From the NCBI RefSeq assembly GCF_964194155.1, contig NC_135917.1, forward strand, positions 6,386,001-6,450,000: a stretch of 64,000 nt of DNA, written 5' to 3'. The translations under genes were made by a program, and so were the position numbers. This document shows positions 1 to 11,400 of this stretch, in pieces (position 1 is the stretch's first letter; the number at the start of each line of letters is the position of its first letter). The notes beneath the pieces are model-generated. The model had not been told where the DNA came from. It ran no database searches and saw only the letters and a program-made list of their open reading frames with translations. The DNA is from Cetorhinus maximus (lineage: Eukaryota).

Positions 1-276
1 TAGGAGACTCATAAAACTACATAATTCATAGTTCAAAGATGCATTTAGCACCCCAATGCAATCTTACTGGTATTACACAGATTAGAAAGATCGAGCGCAG
101 TCAAGATTGGGTGCTAACTGATCAGTGTGTTGAAACTAAAGGAGACCCGATCTGTACAAAGCTGCAACACCCACAAGTCTCTCCTTTCACTTCATATGCG
201 AGGCTACGATTCAGTGATCACTGTTTAAGCTGGACTGTGTTTTTGACATTCCTTGAAAACTAACAAGTATCTGTCC

Positions 277-535
277 ATGGACGCTGCACTTGATTGGAGT
301 GGAGAGGAGGAGGAGGAGAAGGAAAAAGAGCAGCAGCAGCAATGGCATCCTGTTGCAGGAATTGCAGGAAGGCTGCTGGAAGATGCAGCACCAGAGGGGC
401 AGGCACGCAGCAGGCCTTACCCAGCTCCCACTGTGTACAGACAGAGACTCAGCTTCCTTCAGCTGTACAAGGAGCAGTGTTTCAGGATGCTCCCATTGTC
501 AAGGCAGCTGGTCACGGACCTCTGCAGCCTCACCC
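277..535 (+). mobile_element. PIF/Harbinger transposase (HARBI1-like) N-terminal fragment; copies at about 16499-16757, 32852-33110, 44891-45150
   Basis: Translation RPYPAPTVYRQRLSFLQLYKEQCFRMLPLSRQLVTDLCSL resembles, from memory, the N-terminus of Harbinger/HARBI1-type nucleases (R-VYR-R-SFL-LSEEQC-RRLRLSR---DLC). It is cut off by a SINE. Confidence 0.55.
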
Positions 536-538
536 TAT

Positions 539-915
539 GGGGAGATGGTGGGGTAGTAGTAATGTCATTGGACTAGTGATTCAGAAGCCCAGGTGCGTAC
601 TCTGGAGCCATGGGTTCAAATCCCACCATGGCAGCTGGTGGAATTTCAATTCAATTAAAAAATCTGGAATATAAAACTCATCTCAGTAATGATGACTTTG
701 ACAGCTATTATTGATTGTTGTAAAATCCCATCTTGTTCACTAATGCTGATTAGGGAGGGAAATCTACCATCCTTGCCTTGTCTGGCTGATTTGTGAGTTT
801 GGAACCACAGAAATGTGATTGACTCTTAATTGCTGTCTGAAATGGTGTGGCTGGGCAGTTAGGGATGGAGAACAACTGCTGGACTTGCCAGCGATGTCCA
901 GATCCTGTGAAAAAA
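539..915 (+). mobile_element. tRNA-derived SINE; copies at about 16761-17120, 33114-33492, 45153-45530
   Basis: A-box-like tggggtagtagtaat, B-box GGTTCAAATCCC, a 3' tail resembling the 3' end of the LINE at 5717-7617, and an A-rich end. Confidence 0.75.
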
Positions 916-924
916 TAAGTGTTA

Positions 925-1260
925 TAAAGAGACAGGAAAGTAAAACAATTGTACCCAACAGGATAAGGCTACTGAAAAAACTATCTGACCTGAACTCTGA
1001 CAAGTCCCCAGCACCTGATGGACTTCACCCGAGATTATTGAAAGAATCGGCTGTTGAGATAGTTGATGCATTGGTTGTAATTTTCCCCTGATTCTGGAAA
1101 GGTCCCTCAGATTGGAAAATAGCGAGTACAACTCCTCTGTTCAAGTAAGGACGAAGCACAGAAAGCAGGACACTACAGGCCAGTTAGTCGGACATCTGTC
1201 ATGGGGAAAATACCAGAATTTATTATACGGGAGGTTATAGCAGGGCACTTAGAAAATTGT
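925..1260 (+). mobile_element. CR1 LINE ORF2 fragment (present in every unit)
   Basis: DKSPAPDGLHPRLLKESAVEIVDALVVIF followed by a VP-DWKIA motif; disrupted by stops. Confidence 0.75.
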
Positions 1261-1299
1261 ATTTTAGTTCCTTGAGGAAGGAACATGAATCGGAATGTA

Positions 1300-3370
1300 G
1301 GAAAAACAGAGGAATATAGAAGGTGGAGGAGGTCATTTGGTTCCTTCAAACCTGCTCCGCTATTTAACTTGATCATGGCTGATCTTTTACCTCAACACCA
1401 TCTTCCTGCACAATCCCTATATCCCTTAATGTCATTGGTATCTCGAAATCTATCCACCTCTGTTTTGAACATGCTCAATGACTGAGCCTCCACAGCTCTC
1501 TGGGTCAGAGAGTTACAAAGATTCACCACCCTCTGAGTGAAGAAATTCCTCCTCATCTCGGTGTTAAATGGCCTACCTCATATTCTGAGACTGTGTGCTC
1601 TGGTTCCAGAAGCCCCCAACCAGGGGAAATATCCTTCCTGCATCCACCCTGTTGACCTGTGTAAGAATTTTGTACACTTCAATGAGCTCACCTCTCATTC
1701 TTCTAAACTATAGAGATTACAGGCCCAGTGTCCTCAATCTCTCCTCAGAGGACAATCCCATCATCCCAGGGAATAATCTAATGAACATTTGTTACACTCT
1801 CTTCATGGCCAGTATATCTTTCCTTAGGTAAGGAGTCCAAACCGACACACAATACTCCAGCTGTGGAGTGATGCAGATCATCAGGTCCAGGGCATTTGTC
1901 AACTTTCTGCCCCAATAACTTCTCCAGCTTTCCTTTTTTACTAATATTAATTTCTTATAGCTCCTCAATCTCATCGGTCCCTTGACTCCCCAGTGTTTCA
2001 GGGAGCCTTTTTGTATCTTCCTCTGTGAAGACAGACACAAAGTAACTGTTTAGTTTCTCTGCCATTTCCTTATTCCCCATTATACATTCTCTACTCTCTG
2101 CCTGTAATGGGCCCACATTTGTCTTTACTCAGCCTATCCCTGTTACACACCTATAGATGCTTTTACACTCCATGTTATGTTCCTCGCTTACTTTCATAGT
2201 TTATTTTCCTTTTCTTTATCAATTTCTTGGTTCTCCTTTGCTGAATTTTAAAATGCTACTAATCCTCAGGCTTACTATATTTTTGGCAACTTTTTACGCC
2301 TCTTCTGTTGATCTCATAGAATCCTTAACTTCACTTGTTATCCATGGTTAGATCACTTTTCCTGCTAGTTTTTTGTGATATAAAGGAATGTAAATTTGTT
2401 GCAAACCATGTATTAATTCTTTAAATGGTGGTCATTGTCTGTCTACCATCATACCTTTTAATGTAGTTCCCCAGTCTACCTCAGCCAACTTGCCCCTCAT
2501 TCCATCATTGTTTCCTTTGCTTAGATCAAAGACCCTAGTTTTGGACTGAATGGCATATTATGGTTACCCTTCCCTGAAGGCTCCTTTACAACGAGATTAT
2601 CAATTAGCCCTTGCTCATTGCACAATACTGGATCTAACACAGCCCATTCTCATTATTACCTGTGAGACCCTTCTTTTAATTTAGCCCTGAGCTGCTCATA
2701 TTCTCTAAGCAGAATCTCCTACCTAGTCCTACTTATGTCATTGGTGCCTACATGGAGCATGACCACTGGATCCTCCTCCTGCCACTGCAAGTTCCCCTCC
2801 AGCCCAGAGCAGTTGTGCTGAATCCTGGCACCGGACAGACAACAGAGCCTTCTGGACTCTCGCTCTCAGCTGGAGGGAACTGTGTCTATCCCCCTCAATA
2901 TACTGTCCCCTATTACCCCTGCATTGCTGTTAACTCCTCCCGCTTGAATGGCTCCCTGTACCATGTTTCTATGGTCAGTTTGCTCACCCATCCTGCATTC
3001 CCACTCTCGTCCATACAGGTTGCAAGCACTTTGAACCTGTTGGACAATTTCAAGTGCTGAGGCTCTTCCACTTCTACTGTCCTGATCCCCTTACCTGCCT
3101 CACTTGCAGTCACAGCCTCCTGTCACTGAGCAAAACAGAAGACACTATCATAAGGGGCGTGGCCACTTCCAGATACAAAGTGTCCAGGTAACATATCCCC
3201 CTCCCTGCTCTGTTGCAGTGTCTGCAGCTCAGCCTCCAGTTCAATGACTCTGAGCCAAAGCTCCTCAAGCTGCTCACAGTTACTGCAAACGTGTGTTTGC
3301 CCTGGATCTCGCTGGCAATCAGGGGCCCCCACATCCGGCAGTCACAGCACATCACCTGCGGTGCCATCCT
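1300..3370 (-). mobile_element. Decayed, internally deleted CR1 LINE (3'UTR, ORF2 pieces, ORF1 zinc finger/coiled coil)
   Basis: Reverse-complement CR1 3'UTR near 1310-1390; PQLEYCVSVWTPYLRKDILA; ORF1-like MCCDCRMW...HVCSNCEQLEELWLRVIELEAELQTL and LKLSNRFKVL. Confidence 0.8.
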
Positions 3371-3807
3371 TATCGTATCTTAATTAAGTAACTAATTAAT
3401 TATTTCCTTAATTAAATTTGGATTAAGTTTATGCATCCTCTCACCCCACTTACTGTACTAATTTAAACCTTCGTAATACAATAAACGCTATCAGTTCAGA
3501 ATAAAAGAAATAATGCAATCACTACTTCCCTTCTGCTAGTGTCTCTAAATTAATTATGAGGTGGATATTTTAGGCATATATAAAAGTTTCATTATCTAAA
3601 TTCCAGCTCTATGCAGACAGTCCCTCACAGCAGTTACTCACTAACAAATAGACTTGTGGCTTTTCGCTGAGGTCATTGTTTGAATTCTGTGTCCCTCAAA
3701 CTCAGTGTTTGCTGGAAGCTGAAGCTGCGTTCGTCCACAGGTCACAAGCAGGTCCACCTCTCTGCCTCTGCTTCTCCCCGCTCCATCTGTGTAAGTGAGT
3801 TCTCAAT

Positions 3808-3927
3808 GAAGTCTTTCTCTTTACAGCCTCACTCTCCTTGCTGAAGTCTCGCTCTTTACAGCACCACTCTCCTTGCTGAAGTCTTACTCTTCATACCCCA
3901 CTCTCCTCACTGAACTCTTGCTCTTTA
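3808..3927. repeat. About 35-bp minisatellite (gaagtctcgctctttacagcaccactctccttgct), about 3.5 units
   Basis: Units start at 3808, 3843, 3878 and 3912 (partial). Also at about 20010-20130, and with one unit fewer at about 48040-48122. Confidence 0.75.
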
Positions 3928-3939
3928 TAGTCCTACAAC

Positions 3940-5050
3940 ATGTATAAAGGGGAAACTGTAGATGTGGTGTATAGGAATTTCAAAAAGGCATTTGATACGG
4001 TGCTATGTCAAAGGTTACCACACAAAGTAAGAGCTGATGGTGTAGGTTGTAACATATGAGCATGGATAGAGGATTGGTTAGGTAACAGGAAGCAGAGAGC
4101 AGGCATAAATAGGTCATTTACAGGTTTGCAAGCTGTAATTAATGGAGTGCCACAGGGATCAGTGCTGGGGCCTCAACTATTTACAACCTATAAGAATGTC
4201 TTGGATGAAAGGATTGAAAGTAGGGTGCCTAAATTTGCTGATGACACAAAGATGTCAGTAAGATGGAGAGTAAGTAGTGAGGAGGATGTAAGGAGCCTGC
4301 AAAGGGATATAGGTAGGTTATGTGAGTGGGCAAAGATTTGGCAGATGGAGTATAATGTGGGAAAATGTGGAGCTGTTCACTTTGGTGGGAAGAATAGAAA
4401 AGCAGCATATGATTTAAATGGAGAGAGATTGCACAACTCTGAGGTACAGAGGGGTCTGGGTGTCCTGCTACATGAATCACAAAATGTTAGCATGCAGGTA
4501 AAGCAAGTGATTAGGAAGGTAAATGGAATGTTGTTATTTATTGCAAGGCGAATGTCATAGGAAATTAGGGATCTTTTGCTGTAGTAGGGCAGGCTGTTGG
4601 TGACACCACATCTAGTTTTGGACTCCTTACTGAAGAAAGGATATAATGGTGTTTGAAACAGTTCCAAGAACGTTCACTCGACTCATTCCTGGGATGAGGA
4701 GCTTATCTTATGAGGAAAGGTTGAACATGTTGGGACTGTATCCTTTGGAGGTTAGAAGAATGAGAGGTAATCTTACTGAAACATTTACGATCTTGAAGGT
4801 AGTTGACGGAGGTGGTTATGAGAGAGACTGGAACTAGGGTCACAGTTTTAAAATGAGAAATCTCTCATTTCTGGAGACAGAATCAGTGAATATTTTTAAG
4901 ACTGAGATAGATAGATTCTTGATTGACAAGGGAGTCAAAGGGCATAAGGAAGTGGAGTTAAGGCCACAATCAGATCAGCCATGAACCTATCAAATGGTGG
5001 AGCAGCCTCGATTGGCTGAATGGCCTACTCCTGCTCCTAGGTCTGTTCGT
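3940..5050 (+). mobile_element. CR1 LINE 3' portion (RT domain and 3'UTR)
   Basis: FQKAFDTV, GVPQGSVLGPQLF, KFADDTK, WQMEYNVGKC, YEERLNMLGLYPLE; CR1 3' end gatcagccatga...aatggcctactcctgctcct. Confidence 0.9.
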
Positions 5051-5716
5051 ATGCTCATATGAAGTGATAAGGAAACAGGGTCTGTCAGTGAAGATGCCAG
5101 TGTGCAGTAGATGGTAGCTGATTTGGCAGGAGGTTTACCTGGATGCTTGTGGAGCTGACTTCAGGAAGGACACTAGCGTTTGTTTGAAAGACCTCCCATT
5201 GAAACCTGCTGAGAAATCAGTTCAGGATGAAGCATCGGCAGACAATGTGCCAAGGTCCCACCTTTGGGCAGAGCACTCATGAATGAATTAAATTCCTACA
5301 ATACTACAAGCAATGAGTTTGCAGGGATTAGGAATATTGCTTCTCCCAATTATCCATGCACAATGTAGTCACTTTGGATTTATCAAAAATGGGCACTCTT
5401 TGCCATTTCAATCCTTTTTTTGAAAAATATTTATTCCCCAAATTTCGCATTCTTAAACTTCACACTGGATGCAAAAATACGGACCAGGGACCCTGGTGAG
5501 TTTCCACATTCAAACAGCTGGTGGAACCCTTGGGACACAGCAGCCAGGGACTGCAATGCTCCTGAACAGTGGATTCTTTCAAGGGGCTCTCACACTCTTC
5601 TGCTATCTATATTCTGTCAACCTGAAAGAGCGCAAAACCAGTTTATACCTCAAACGCTTTTTGCCTAGGGACCGTGATTACAAGCAACAAACTTAAATTT
5701 ATATATCTATATTTCC

Positions 5717-7617
5717 TTTTATTCGTTGACGAGATGTGGGCTTCCCTGGCTGGGCCAGCATTTATTGCCCATCCCCAATTGCCCTTGTGAATGTGGTGGT
5801 GAGCTGCCTTCTTGAACCGCTGCAGTCCATGTGGTGTAGGTACACCCAGAGTGCTGTTAGGGAGGGAGTTCCAGGATTTTGACCCAGCGACATTGAGGAA
5901 CGGCGATATATTTCCAAGTCAGGATGGTGAGTGACTTGGAGGGGAACTTCCAGGTGATAGTGTTCCCATCTATCTGCTGCCCTTGTCGTTCTAGATGGTT
6001 GTGGTCGTGGGTTTAGAAAATGCTGTCTAAGGAGCCTTGATGAATTCCTGCAGTGTATCTTGTAGATGGTACACACTGCTGCTACTGTGCGTCTGTGGTG
6101 GAAGAAGTGAATGTTTGTAGATGTGGTGCCAATCAAGCGGGCTGCTTGCCCTGGAGGGTGTCAAGCTTCTTGGGCGTTGTGGGAGCTGCATTCCTCCAGG
6201 GAAGTGGGGAGTGTTCCATGACACTCCTGACTTGTGCCTTGTAGATGGTGGACAGGCTTCAGGAAGTCAGGAGGTGAGTTACTCATCGTTGGATTCCTAG
6301 CCTCTGACCTGCTCTTGTAGCCACAGTATTTATATGGCTGGTCCAGTTCAGTTTCTGGTCAATGGTAACCAACAGGATGTTGATAGTGGGGGATTCAGTG
6401 ATGGTAATATTATTGAATGTCAAGGGGTGATTGTTAGATTATCTCTTTTTGCGCATGGTCATTGCCTGGGTTTTGTGTGGCGCGAATGTTATTCGCTACT
6501 CGTCATCCCAAGCCTGCATATTGTCCAGGCCTTGCAGCAATTGGACATGGACTGCTTCAGTATCTGAGGAGTCCTGAATGGTGCTGATCATTGTGCAGTC
6601 ATCAGCAAACATCCCCACTTCTGACCTTATGAAGGGAGGAAGGTCATTGATGAAGCCGCTGAAGATGGTTAGCCTGAGGACATGACCCTGAGGAACTCCT
6701 GCAGTGATGTTCTGGAGCTGAGATGACTGACATCCAACAGCCACAACCATCTTCCTTTGTGCTAGGTATGACTCCAACCAGTGGAGAGTTTTCCCATTAA
6801 CTCCAGTTTTGCTAGGGTTCCTTGATACCACACTCAGTCAAATGCAGCCGTGATGTCAAGGGCAGTCAGTCTCACCTCAGCTCGGGAGTTCAGCTCATTT
6901 GTCCATGTTTGAACCAAGGCTGTAATGAGGTCAGGAGCTGAGTGGCGATGGCGGAACCCAAAATGGGCATCAGTGAGCAGGTTATTGCTAAGCAAGTGCC
7001 ACTTGATTGCACTGTTCATGAACCCCTACCATTACTTGACTGATGATGGAGAGTAGACTGATGGGGTGGTAATTGGCTGGGTTGGATTTGTCCTGATTTT
7101 TGTGTATCGGACATACCTGGCCAATTTTCAACATAGTCGGGTAGATGCCAGTGTTGTAGCTGTACTGGTACAGTTTGGCTAGGGGCGTGGCAAGTTCTGG
7201 AGCATATGTCTTCAGTACTATTGTCGGAATATCGTCAGGGCCCTTTGCCATTGCAGTATCCAGTGCCTCCTGCCATTTCCTGATATCACGTGGAGTCAAT
7301 CGAATTGGCTGGAGTGTCACACAACACGATGGAGGGTATCCTCAATGTGACTTTGTCTCCACAACGACTGTGAGGTGGTCACTCCTACTGATATTGTCAT
7401 GGACAGATGTGTCTGCGGCAGGCAGGTTGGTGAGGATGAGGTCAAGAATGTTTTTCCTTCTTGTTGGTTCCCTCACCACCTGGTGCAGACCCAGTCTAGC
7501 AGCTATGTCCTTTAGGGCTCGGCCAGCTCAGACTGTAGTGGTGCTACGGAGCTATTCTTGGTGATGGACATTGAAGTCCCCCAACCAGAGTGCATTCTGC
7601 GCCTTTGCCACCCTCAG
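5717..7617 (-). mobile_element. CR1/Jockey-group LINE (second family), 3' portion with internal deletion
   Basis: Minus-strand RT motifs KGPDDIPTIVLKTYAPEL, NYHPISLLS, ALDITAAFD, GVPQG and MFADD; 3' end gggcaattggggatgggcaataaatgctggcccagcc. Confidence 0.9.
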
Positions 7618-8351
7618 TGTCCCGATGGTTCACAAGACCATAGTCAGACATCATTTGACATGGAGCCACACTAAGGAGACTTCAGGCTAGAGGAATAGAA
7701 GCTCAGTCAAAGAGGTAGCCTTTAAAGAATTCAGTCAACGATTGGGTGGATAAAGTGGGCAATGTTCAAGGGGCCAGAGATAATATGGGATTGGAAGATC
7801 ACAGTGATGAAGGGAGCTGTAAACTCTCACCCCTCTCACACAGTCTCCGCTGTGTTGTTCTGCACTGAATTCTTCAAATGTCTTCGGCTTTAAAGCTGGT
7901 CAGGGCTCCAAAGCAAGTGAGCCACTTGTAAAAGGAGCAGGTAGAGGCACCCCAACCCTACCCCAACACTGGAAAGCACAGAATGATCCCTCACTGACAG
8001 ACTCTAATACTGTGAGCTGCTCTCTCCATTGACATTCATCATATCCACTGCATTTTCTGGCCTCTCAGACAGCTCCTTCACAGGGACCGTTTCAAGGCTC
8101 TTGGAGTCTCCCAGCCCCACATCCAGCTGATGATCTACAGGTTGGGGACGGAGCTGCTACCCAAAGCCACACATTGTTGCTGACTCCAGGTTGGCCAGCG
8201 GCAGGAACTGCAGGAACCAAGTGTTGCTGCTCCGCAAAGGGACAGGTTGGGACCCGTGGCAAAGGGCGGTGACTGGTTCCTCCCCTCTCTCGGTTTCTCC
8301 ATTCCCATTGCTGTTTTCTGACACCCTGACCAAGCCTCGATCCACACAGCT

Positions 8352-8358
8352 CATAAAA
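8352..8358 (+). promoter_or_regulatory. TATA-like box (CATAAAA) of keratin copy 1
   Basis: CATAAAA about 75 bp upstream of the ATG, conserved in all four copies. Confidence 0.7.
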
Positions 8359-8429
8359 GCAGCTGGGAGCGCCCTCAGTCCCAGCAGCCGTTCAGTTTCG
8401 CACTCCGGGTTCTCTCCAACAACCTCAAC

Positions 8430-11400
8430 ATGTCTCGTTCAAGTTTCTCCTACAGGTCCTCAAGCGGCAGCGGCAGCGTCAGAGGATTGAGCGGAACGGG
8501 AGGCAGATTATCCTCCGCACGGATTGTGAGCAGCAGCAGCAGCGGCGGCGGGAGTGCCTACCCCTTCCAGGGGAGAGCACAGAGTTTGATCCTAGGTCAA
8601 TCACGGAGAATATCGGCCCCGCTCCTCAGGAGCTCAGGTTATGGGGCGAGTTCGGGGTTTAGCAGCGGCTACTCGGGGGGGCTGATCCAGAAATCCACTA
8701 ACATTGACCTCAACAGCCCTCTCCCTCAAAATGACACCACCCTGCAGAGTGTCCGCTTGGAGGAGAGCAGACAGATCAAGGGGCTCAACAACCAGTTTGT
8801 CAAATTCATTGACCAGGTAAAGTTCCGAGCTGTCCAGGCGGCCGTGTCTGGAAGCCAGTCTTCTGTGTCTTTTCTCAATGACTTGGTGTGTCTCCAGAAA
8901 TGTCTCTTCTCACTTTGCAGCCCATTCCCTTCCGATGTAACTGTGTCTTCATTTTACACCGGCAGGTTCGTTACCTGGAGCAGGTCAATAAGAAACTGGA
9001 GGTCAAACTCAATCTCCTGAAAGAACAAGGAGATTACAAATCCAACATCGACAGCATGTTCCAGACTTACATCGACAACCTGAAAAGACAACTGGAAACA
9101 CTGGGGCAGGAGAAACTCAGGTTCGAGGCCGATCTTGTCCAAATGCAAGGTCTGGTTGAAGACTTCAAGGGCAAGTAAGTGCGCTGCTGCTGCTGGATTT
9201 GGGCAAGTTTTTCTCCCTATCCCTTGTCGTGTGTGAAGGAGACAAAGTCCCAGTTTGACATTAGGACCACTTTGACAGATTGATCAGGAGCTGGCAAAAT
9301 GACAGCTGGAGAAATAATCCTCAGGATGGTCATGTAGACTAAACTGCAGGAGTGAGGGGAAATGCCTGTACTCGTCCCCGTCACATTACTGGCTGCTGAG
9401 TCCGCTGTTTTCCCACTGGGATCCAGCTGGTTGCCGCATTTGGCATCAGTCGCCCTGCGTTGTGGAGATGGAAACATCAGTCAGCGCCCCCGGTCCCTGT
9501 AGGGTCACTTCTCCGGGACGGGGAAGTGTCCGACTGTGGGCATCTGGGCTGCGGACGATAGGACGGAGCAAGTAGCTGGGTCTGGAGGAGCTGTTTGCTG
9601 AACGAATCTGTTGGAAAGGTGGAGGAGCCTCCCAGAGCTGTGAAGGTCAGGGAGTGGGATGAGTGAATTGGGGTAATGGGGTGGGGTGGGGAGTTAGTGG
9701 GTTGGGTAAACTCGGGCTGCAGGGAAAGGTGATTATCTGGAGAGATATTTGATAAATAGGCAATGTAATGGCAACTGGGCAGTAAGATTGATTTCCACAG
9801 GATTCTCAGTCAAATAATCTGCTTCATTCCAGATACGAAGATGAAATTAACAAGCGCACGGAAATGGAGAATGAGTTTGTCCTGGTCAAGAAGGTGAGGT
9901 GACTCTATATATATATATATATATATATATATCTGTGTGCAGGCCGACAGCAAACGGCTCTCTTGAGAGAGTTTTTCAAAGTACTTTGTCCCTCTCCTCT
10001 TTAGGACGTGGATGACTCCTACATGAGCAAAGTAGAGCTGGAAGCTAAACTGGAAAGCCTGACCGATGAAATCGACTTCCTCCGATCAATCTTTGAAGAG
10101 GTAACAATGTGACATGGCCCAGCAATTGTCCTCTGCTGTTGAATCTAATCCAGTGTTATCCAATGCAGCTAGAACGCTTGTAATGACTTTTCAATCTTTT
10201 CTCCCGCCGATCTTTAGGAAATCCGTGAGCTGCAGGCACAGATTCAGAACACATCTGTCAGCGTGCAACTGGACAGTGGACCCAAACTGGACATCGAACA
10301 ACTCATTGCTGAAGCCAAAATTCAGTATGAAAACATGGCCAATCAGAGCCGTAAAGAAGCGGAGATTTGGAAACAGACTAAGGTTAAGATCCCAATCCTC
10401 ATGTCCCACATGGATTGATAGATCTGCAGTCGATGCTGAAGTGTGAAATCTTTTGCTAACTCCGTGTCAATGTTTCATTGTAGATGCAGGAACTGAGCAT
10501 GTCGTCTGGACAATATGGGGATGAGCTCCGTGTGACTACGGATGAGATTAAACAGATGAATCAGCGAATCCGTGCACTGAATAATGATATTGAGAGTCTG
10601 AGAAACGAGGTAGGCAAAGAAGTGAAAGCAACATGATAATGGGAACAAGTGAATCATTGTTGTGAATGGCGCTTTGTCTTTCTGGGTGTGTCTCATTCTC
10701 TCCCCCATCCTACCCCATCCAAAAGAACAATTGGACAAGAAGTGGTGGCGGGATCAGTGCAATCTTGCCTATTTCTGCCAGTCTTGCTCTCTCACTGATG
10801 GTGAGTTTCCGATACTGGTAAGGAAACATTCCAATGTGAATCCCTTGCCAGCCTGCAGTGCACACGACACTGCTGTTCCCAATTCATTGTCATGATGCCA
10901 CCAGCAAACACATCTTCCCTTCACCCCCTGCCTTTACCCAGGACTCGTTTTGAGCGCTGTTCTGATGCACAAAGTGTCGATGGAAGTGACCATGTTAATA
11001 TTTGTTTTACTTAGCGTCTCAAACTGGAGGCTTTAATCAAAGAAGCCGAGGAACGCGGCGAGCTGTCACTCAGAGGTGCAAAGGATAGGATTGAAGACCT
11101 GAAAAGTGCCCTGGCCAATGCACAACAACAGCTGATGAAACAAGTCCAGGAATATGAGGCGCTGCTGCAAGTCAAGTTATATCTGGATGTTGAAATTTCC
11201 ACCTACAAGTCTCTGCTGGAGGGAGAGGAGGAAAGGTAGGATATGGGGCAGTTACAAACTCCAGCCATCACACTGAGCACAGTGCATCATTTTATCTAGT
11301 GGCAGATTCCAATCTGTATTTGTGCTTTATTGATATCTGTTAATGGAATGAAGTGCAGGAACTCAGAGTGCCAGGGTATTCTACAAGAACTTTGGTTTAA

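Noticed and set aside
539-630. tRNA gene
   Set aside because: The A/B boxes belong to a SINE head; there is no complete cloverleaf and the sequence continues into SINE body and tail.
3808-3927. CRISPR-like repeat array
   Set aside because: Contiguous degenerate tandem units with no unique spacers, in a eukaryotic context; a minisatellite probably belonging to a CR1 5' region.
8170-8290. AP-1 and GRHL-like sites in the proximal promoter (TGACTCC, GACTGGTT)
   Set aside because: Only imperfect matches to short motifs; not distinguishable from chance without cross-species conservation.
8430-9020. 196-aa ORF as a complete single-exon protein (also 25412, 37432, 53116)
   Set aside because: It is keratin exon 1 read through the intron-1 donor (CAG|GTAAAG at 8816/8817); keratin similarity stops at FIDQ.
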